DNA of 64,000 nt from the human T2T-CHM13v2.0 reference genome, Homo sapiens, in the NCBI RefSeq assembly GCF_009914755.1, contig NC_060931.1; one strand, 5' to 3'. Below the pieces are notes generated by a model. It saw only the letters and a list, made by a program, of their open reading frames with translations, made no database searches and was not told where the DNA came from. A program made the translations under genes and the position numbers. Below are positions 59,539-64,000 of the stretch, piece by piece. Within the stretch, counting starts at the first letter, position 1. Every line of letters begins with the position of its first letter.

Positions 59539-61153
59539 TGTGTTAGTCTGTTTGTGTTTCTATAAAGGAATACCTGAGACTGGGTAATTTATAAAGTTCT
59601 ATTTCATGATTCTTCAGGCTATACTGCCAGCATGTGCTTCTAGTGAGGGCTCAACAATCTTACAGCCATGGCAGAAGACAAAGGGAAAGCAGGCATATCA
59701 CACGGCAAGAGAGTGAGCAGGAGAGAGACACCAGACTCTTTTAAACAACCAGCTCCTGTGTGAACTAACAGAGTAAGAACTCATTACTGTGGGGAGGGCA
59801 CCAAGCCATTCATGAGGGATCCACCCTCATGACCAAACACTTCTCACTAGGCTCTACCTGCAACACCGGGGAGGTCACATTTCAACATGAGATTTGGAGG
59901 GTACAAATATCCAAACCATATTATTGTACTCCTGGCTCCCCAAATCTCACGTCCTTCTAACATTGCAAAATACAACAATCTCTTCCCAACAGTCCCCCAA
60001 ATTCTTAACTTTTTATGACATAAAGTCCAAAGACCAAAGTCTCATCCGAGATTCAAGGCAAGTCCCTTCCACCTATGAGCCTGTAGGATCAAAAATAAGT
60101 TATTTACTTCCAACGTACAATGATGGCACAGGCATTGGGTTAACATTCACATTCCAAAGGGAGAAAGTGGCCAAAAGAAAAAGGTAACAGGCCCCACACA
60201 TATCCAAAATCCACCAGGGCATACATTAAACCTTAGAGCTCCAACATCATCTTTGACTCCATGTCCCACATCCAGAGCATACTGGTTCAAGGAGTGGGCT
60301 CCCAAGGCATTGGGCAACTCTGCCCCTGTGGCTTTGCAGGGTGCAGTCCCTATGGCTACTCTTACAGGCGGGAATTGAGTGCCTGCAGCTTTTCCAGGCC
60401 CAGGATGCATGCCGCTAGTGGCTCAACCAATATTGACCCTGGAGGGTGGTGGTCTTCTTCCCACAGCTCCACTAGGAAGTGCCCCAGTGGGGACTCTATG
60501 TGGGGATCCAACCCCACATTCCCCATCAGCACTGTCTTAGCAGACTGTTGAGCACTTTGCTGCGTAGAAATTTCTTCTGCCAGGTATCCTAAATCATCAC
60601 TCAAGTTTTGCCTTCCATAAATCCCTAGGACATGGACACAATGCAGCCAAATTTTTTGCTAAGGCATGACACAGGTGATCTTTGCTCCATTTCCCAATAA
60701 CTTCATCATTTCCATCTAAGGACTTGTCAGCCTGGCCTTCACTGTCCATATTTTCTATCTCCATTTTGGTCACAACCATTTAACCAGTCTCTAAGAAGTT
60801 CCAAAGTTTCCCTCATCTTCCTGTCTTCTAAGTCCTGCAAATTCTTCCAACTTCTGCCTGTCACCAAGTTCCAAAGCCCCTTCCACATTTTCAGGTATCT
60901 TTATTGCAATGCTCCACTCCTTAGTACCAATTTTCTGTGTTAGTTCATTGTGTTGCTATAAAGGAATACCCAAGACTGGGTAATTTATAAAGAAAAGAGT
61001 TTTATATTTCAGCTCATGATTCTGCAGGCTGTACAGAAAGCATGATGCCAGCATCTGCTTCTGGTGAAAGCCTCAGGAGGCTTACAATCATAACAGAAGA
61101 TGGAGGGAAAGCTGGCATATCACACAGTGAAAGAGCAAGCAAGAGAGATACGA

Positions 61154-61186
<33 letters not shown>

Positions 61187-61647
61187 GGAGGCAGAATCTT
61201 GCCCTGTCGCCAGGCTGGAGTGAAGTAGCAAAATCTTGGCTCACTGCAACCTCTGCCTCCCAGGTTCAAGCAATTCTTCTGCCCTCAGCCTCTTGACTAG
61301 CTGGGACTACAGGCGCTTGCCACCATGCGTGGCTAATTTTTGTATTTTTAGTAGAGACGGGGTTTCACCATATTGGCCAGGCTGGTCTCGAACTCCTGAC
61401 CTCATGATCTGCGTGCCTCAGCCTCCCAAAGTGCTGGAGTGAGCCACCATGCCTGGCCAATACCAGGCTCTTTATAACAACCAGCTCTTGTGTAAACTAA
61501 CAGAACAAGAACTCATTGCTGTAGGGAAGGTACCAAGCCATTCCAGAGGGATCTACCCCCATGACCCAAACATAAGATCCACTTCTAACACTGGGAGTGA
61601 CATTTCTAACATGAGATTTGGAAGGGGCAAATATCCAAACAATATCA
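59539..61647 (-). mobile_element. MSTB-like MaLR element with both LTRs (59539-59923, 60936-61647) and ~1-kb internal region
   Basis: Two homologous LTRs (TGTGTTAGT...CATGAGATTTGGA...AATATCCAAAC) flank a MaLR internal sequence (GGGCTCCCAAGGC...CTCTGCCCCTGTGGCTTTGCAGGGT). Confidence 0.88.
61159..61458 (-). mobile_element. AluS (Sc/Sg-like) inserted in the MST LTR
   Basis: TSD ATACGAGGCTCTTT (61148-61161) / ATACCAGGCTCTTT (61460-61473). Confidence 0.9.
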
Positions 61648-63950
61648 CCTTCATTTCCTCTTATGGCATTTCCTTTTAGGGCCACTAACTTCTCTGGTAC
61701 CGTGACCCAATTTAGCTGGGCACTCTCAAAACAGTCCTCCAGGTTCATCCATGCTATTGAAATAATGGAATTCCCTTCTTTTTATGGAAGAAGATACTGC
61801 TTTACAAAATTACCACCAATTATCAAATTATCCACATAAAAATATCTAAACTAAATACTCATAGCCAAATAATTGTTATTAAGTTTAAATGGCATAAAAA
61901 TTCATTTTCATTGTTGGAGTAAATCTAACTGCTATGTCTTTAAAACATAAGTGAAATAAAATAATAGGCATGCAATGCAGCAACGGCATTTTCAAAATTG
62001 CAATGATTGGTATTAAAATTACTCTAGTTTGCCAAATATGGTCAGAAGAGATTGCAAATGACATTTGCAGGTATTAGTTTGAGTTGTAAAAGCACAAATT
62101 TTAGTAGCCATTAAGATGATCCTGTGTCCCCTTGAAAGTAATTATGAATCCATCTGTAACATTTGTCTCTTGCTGAGAAACAGCTAAGTGGGGAGCCTGA
62201 TTTTGCCAAAATTTCAATTTTTTTAACATGTCCATATGGATATGTTGACAAACCACTATGCAATGTATAGGAGATTAATTCAATCCAATCTAATAACCAT
62301 TTGTTGAGATTTGAAAATGCTGATCTAGTTAATGTTCCTTGGAGAATGAAGGAAGTCTTTTGTCTTTAGTAAGTATGTAATTCCCACTTTTCAGATATGC
62401 CTCAAAAAAATCAAATCCACCAAATTTTTTTTGGCCACTGCTGGATATTATTATATAAGCTCATTAACAGGATGCTAAACATAAAACTGAATAGCAAACA
62501 ATGCTATTCAAATGCTTTAGATTTCCAGCCTGGAGAAGTGAAAGCTATTTTACAATAAACTAGAAATTAGCCCCGTTAGTCCCATATCATTGCTATCATT
62601 TGCAAGAGACATAGCCATTTAATGAATATACATTATCCTGAATATTAATTTCCTATTATTATAAAATGTCAGGCCAGCACAATTGTTGGCCTTGTCATCT
62701 TGTAATACTCCATGATATGACAGAAAATTGTTCTCTAAAGGAAACTATTGAAGAAATAAATCTATTTCAACAATTTTTTAAAAATTTTATCTCTATATAG
62801 CAAATTCATGTAAAGTAATATAAGAACTCTTCAGATTTATACTTTATTTCTAAAATAACATAACTGAACTAAAACTGATTTGGGGGATATGTATGTATAT
62901 AACTATATTTTCTCTCCTAATAAAACAAAATTTATTGGTACCCAAATTCATCACACCATACATAAAACAATAGCATAGATGTTACCTAAGGTGTCATTCT
63001 AATATCAAATATCTAAGTACATTATAAAAGTCTGCTTAACAATCATTTAACATTTTCCATCTTCCCATTGAAATACACATGGGGTACTCAACACGCTCTA
63101 CATCTCGACATTGGAGATTGAAGATTCAACATTACAGGATCTTGAGATAAATTATCCTTTGTTACAGTGCACAAGTTTCTCAAATGAGCCAGAGCAGCAT
63201 GGCTACGAAAAAGGAAGGGAAGAAAAACTTTGAGCCACTTGTTCCTCGTGGGCCTGGCTTGGTGATAAAAGAGCAATGACATGAAAATGGAATGGGATCT
63301 GCTTCAATATTATTTTCTGAGTTGGCTAAAGCCAGTTACGTCTCTCTCCCCTCTAACATGTTATTCCCCATTTCTACTTCTCTGTATGCCCTATAGGCAC
63401 CAGTGATTTTCAGTTGGAAGGAAAGTTTAGTGTCTATTTCTGGGAATTGCAAGTTTGTTACTAATCAAATTAGAAACAGAGTGTATCCATTTTAAATCTC
63501 CATAGAAAAGAGAAGGAATAAAAATAGAAAAATCTAAGAAGCATTAAAAATACTTATCAAAACTTGACATGAGAGACACAAGAAATTAACAACCAGAGAT
63601 GGGAAAATTCTAAAGAAGTAAAAATTGATAATATACTTAAAGAATATTTTACTATTATACAATAGATTGGAATACAATTGTTTAATATCAAGAAAACTAT
63701 TAATATGTAAAATTGTGACCTCTGTTCTTAATTGATTACAAATGTTTGTTGTGTTGTGTGCTTTCTCCATGAAGGCATTATTCTAGGCACTAGAAATACT
63801 ATTAAATGAAACAAGTATTATGATCCTGCCCTGATGAAGCTTACAGTCTAGAGTCTAGCAGGATCAACTGAGAAAAATCAAATTATAATCTTATATTGTC
63901 AGCTTAGTAATTTTTGGAAAGGCATTCAATGAGCCACAAAGTTATGTATC

Positions 63951-63952
<2 letters not shown>

Positions 63953-63988
<36 letters not shown>
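63953..63988. repeat. (GT)18 microsatellite
   Basis: Directly visible. Confidence 0.98.
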
Positions 63989-63993
<5 letters not shown>

Positions 63994-64000
63994 GAAAGAG

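Larger units (their letters stand above)
58919..61733 (+). mobile_element. MER54-like ERVL LTR (58919-59538 plus 61648-61733) with 5-bp TSD
   Basis: TG...CA ends; TSD GTCCT at 58914-58918 and 61734-61738. The family name is tentative. Confidence 0.65.

Overview
Primate (very probably human or great-ape) genomic DNA, judged from AluJ/S/Y, L1PA, THE1/MST/MLT1 and MER repeats. No intact host gene is visible. The first ~2.5 kb is the 3' end of a retrocopy of CPAMD8 (alpha-2-macroglobulin/C3 family). Spliced coding exons (1-699, frame open from base 1) run through an unused GTAAGG donor into ~1.8 kb of Alu-rich, intron-like DNA ending at AATAAA plus an A-tail, where composition switches to AT-rich, L1/LTR-rich DNA. 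The rest is gene-desert or large-intron sequence. It holds a twin-primed L1PA2/3 with a short 3' transduction, a solo poly(A) insertion, a ~300-bp templated insertion inside a MER39-like LTR, a 4-kb (TA)-rich block with a hidden ~450-bp-arm inverted repeat, a perfect 49-bp-arm palindrome and two homogeneous minisatellites, a degenerate ~23-bp GC-rich array beside ERVL remnants, and nested transposons with readable target-site duplications (TSDs). I cannot support a new multi-gene system. The best candidates for undescribed biology are the semi-processed CPAMD8 retrocopy and the structured AT-rich block. Repeat subfamily names and CPAMD8 residues come from remembered consensus sequences, not a database search, and boundaries of old repeats are approximate.
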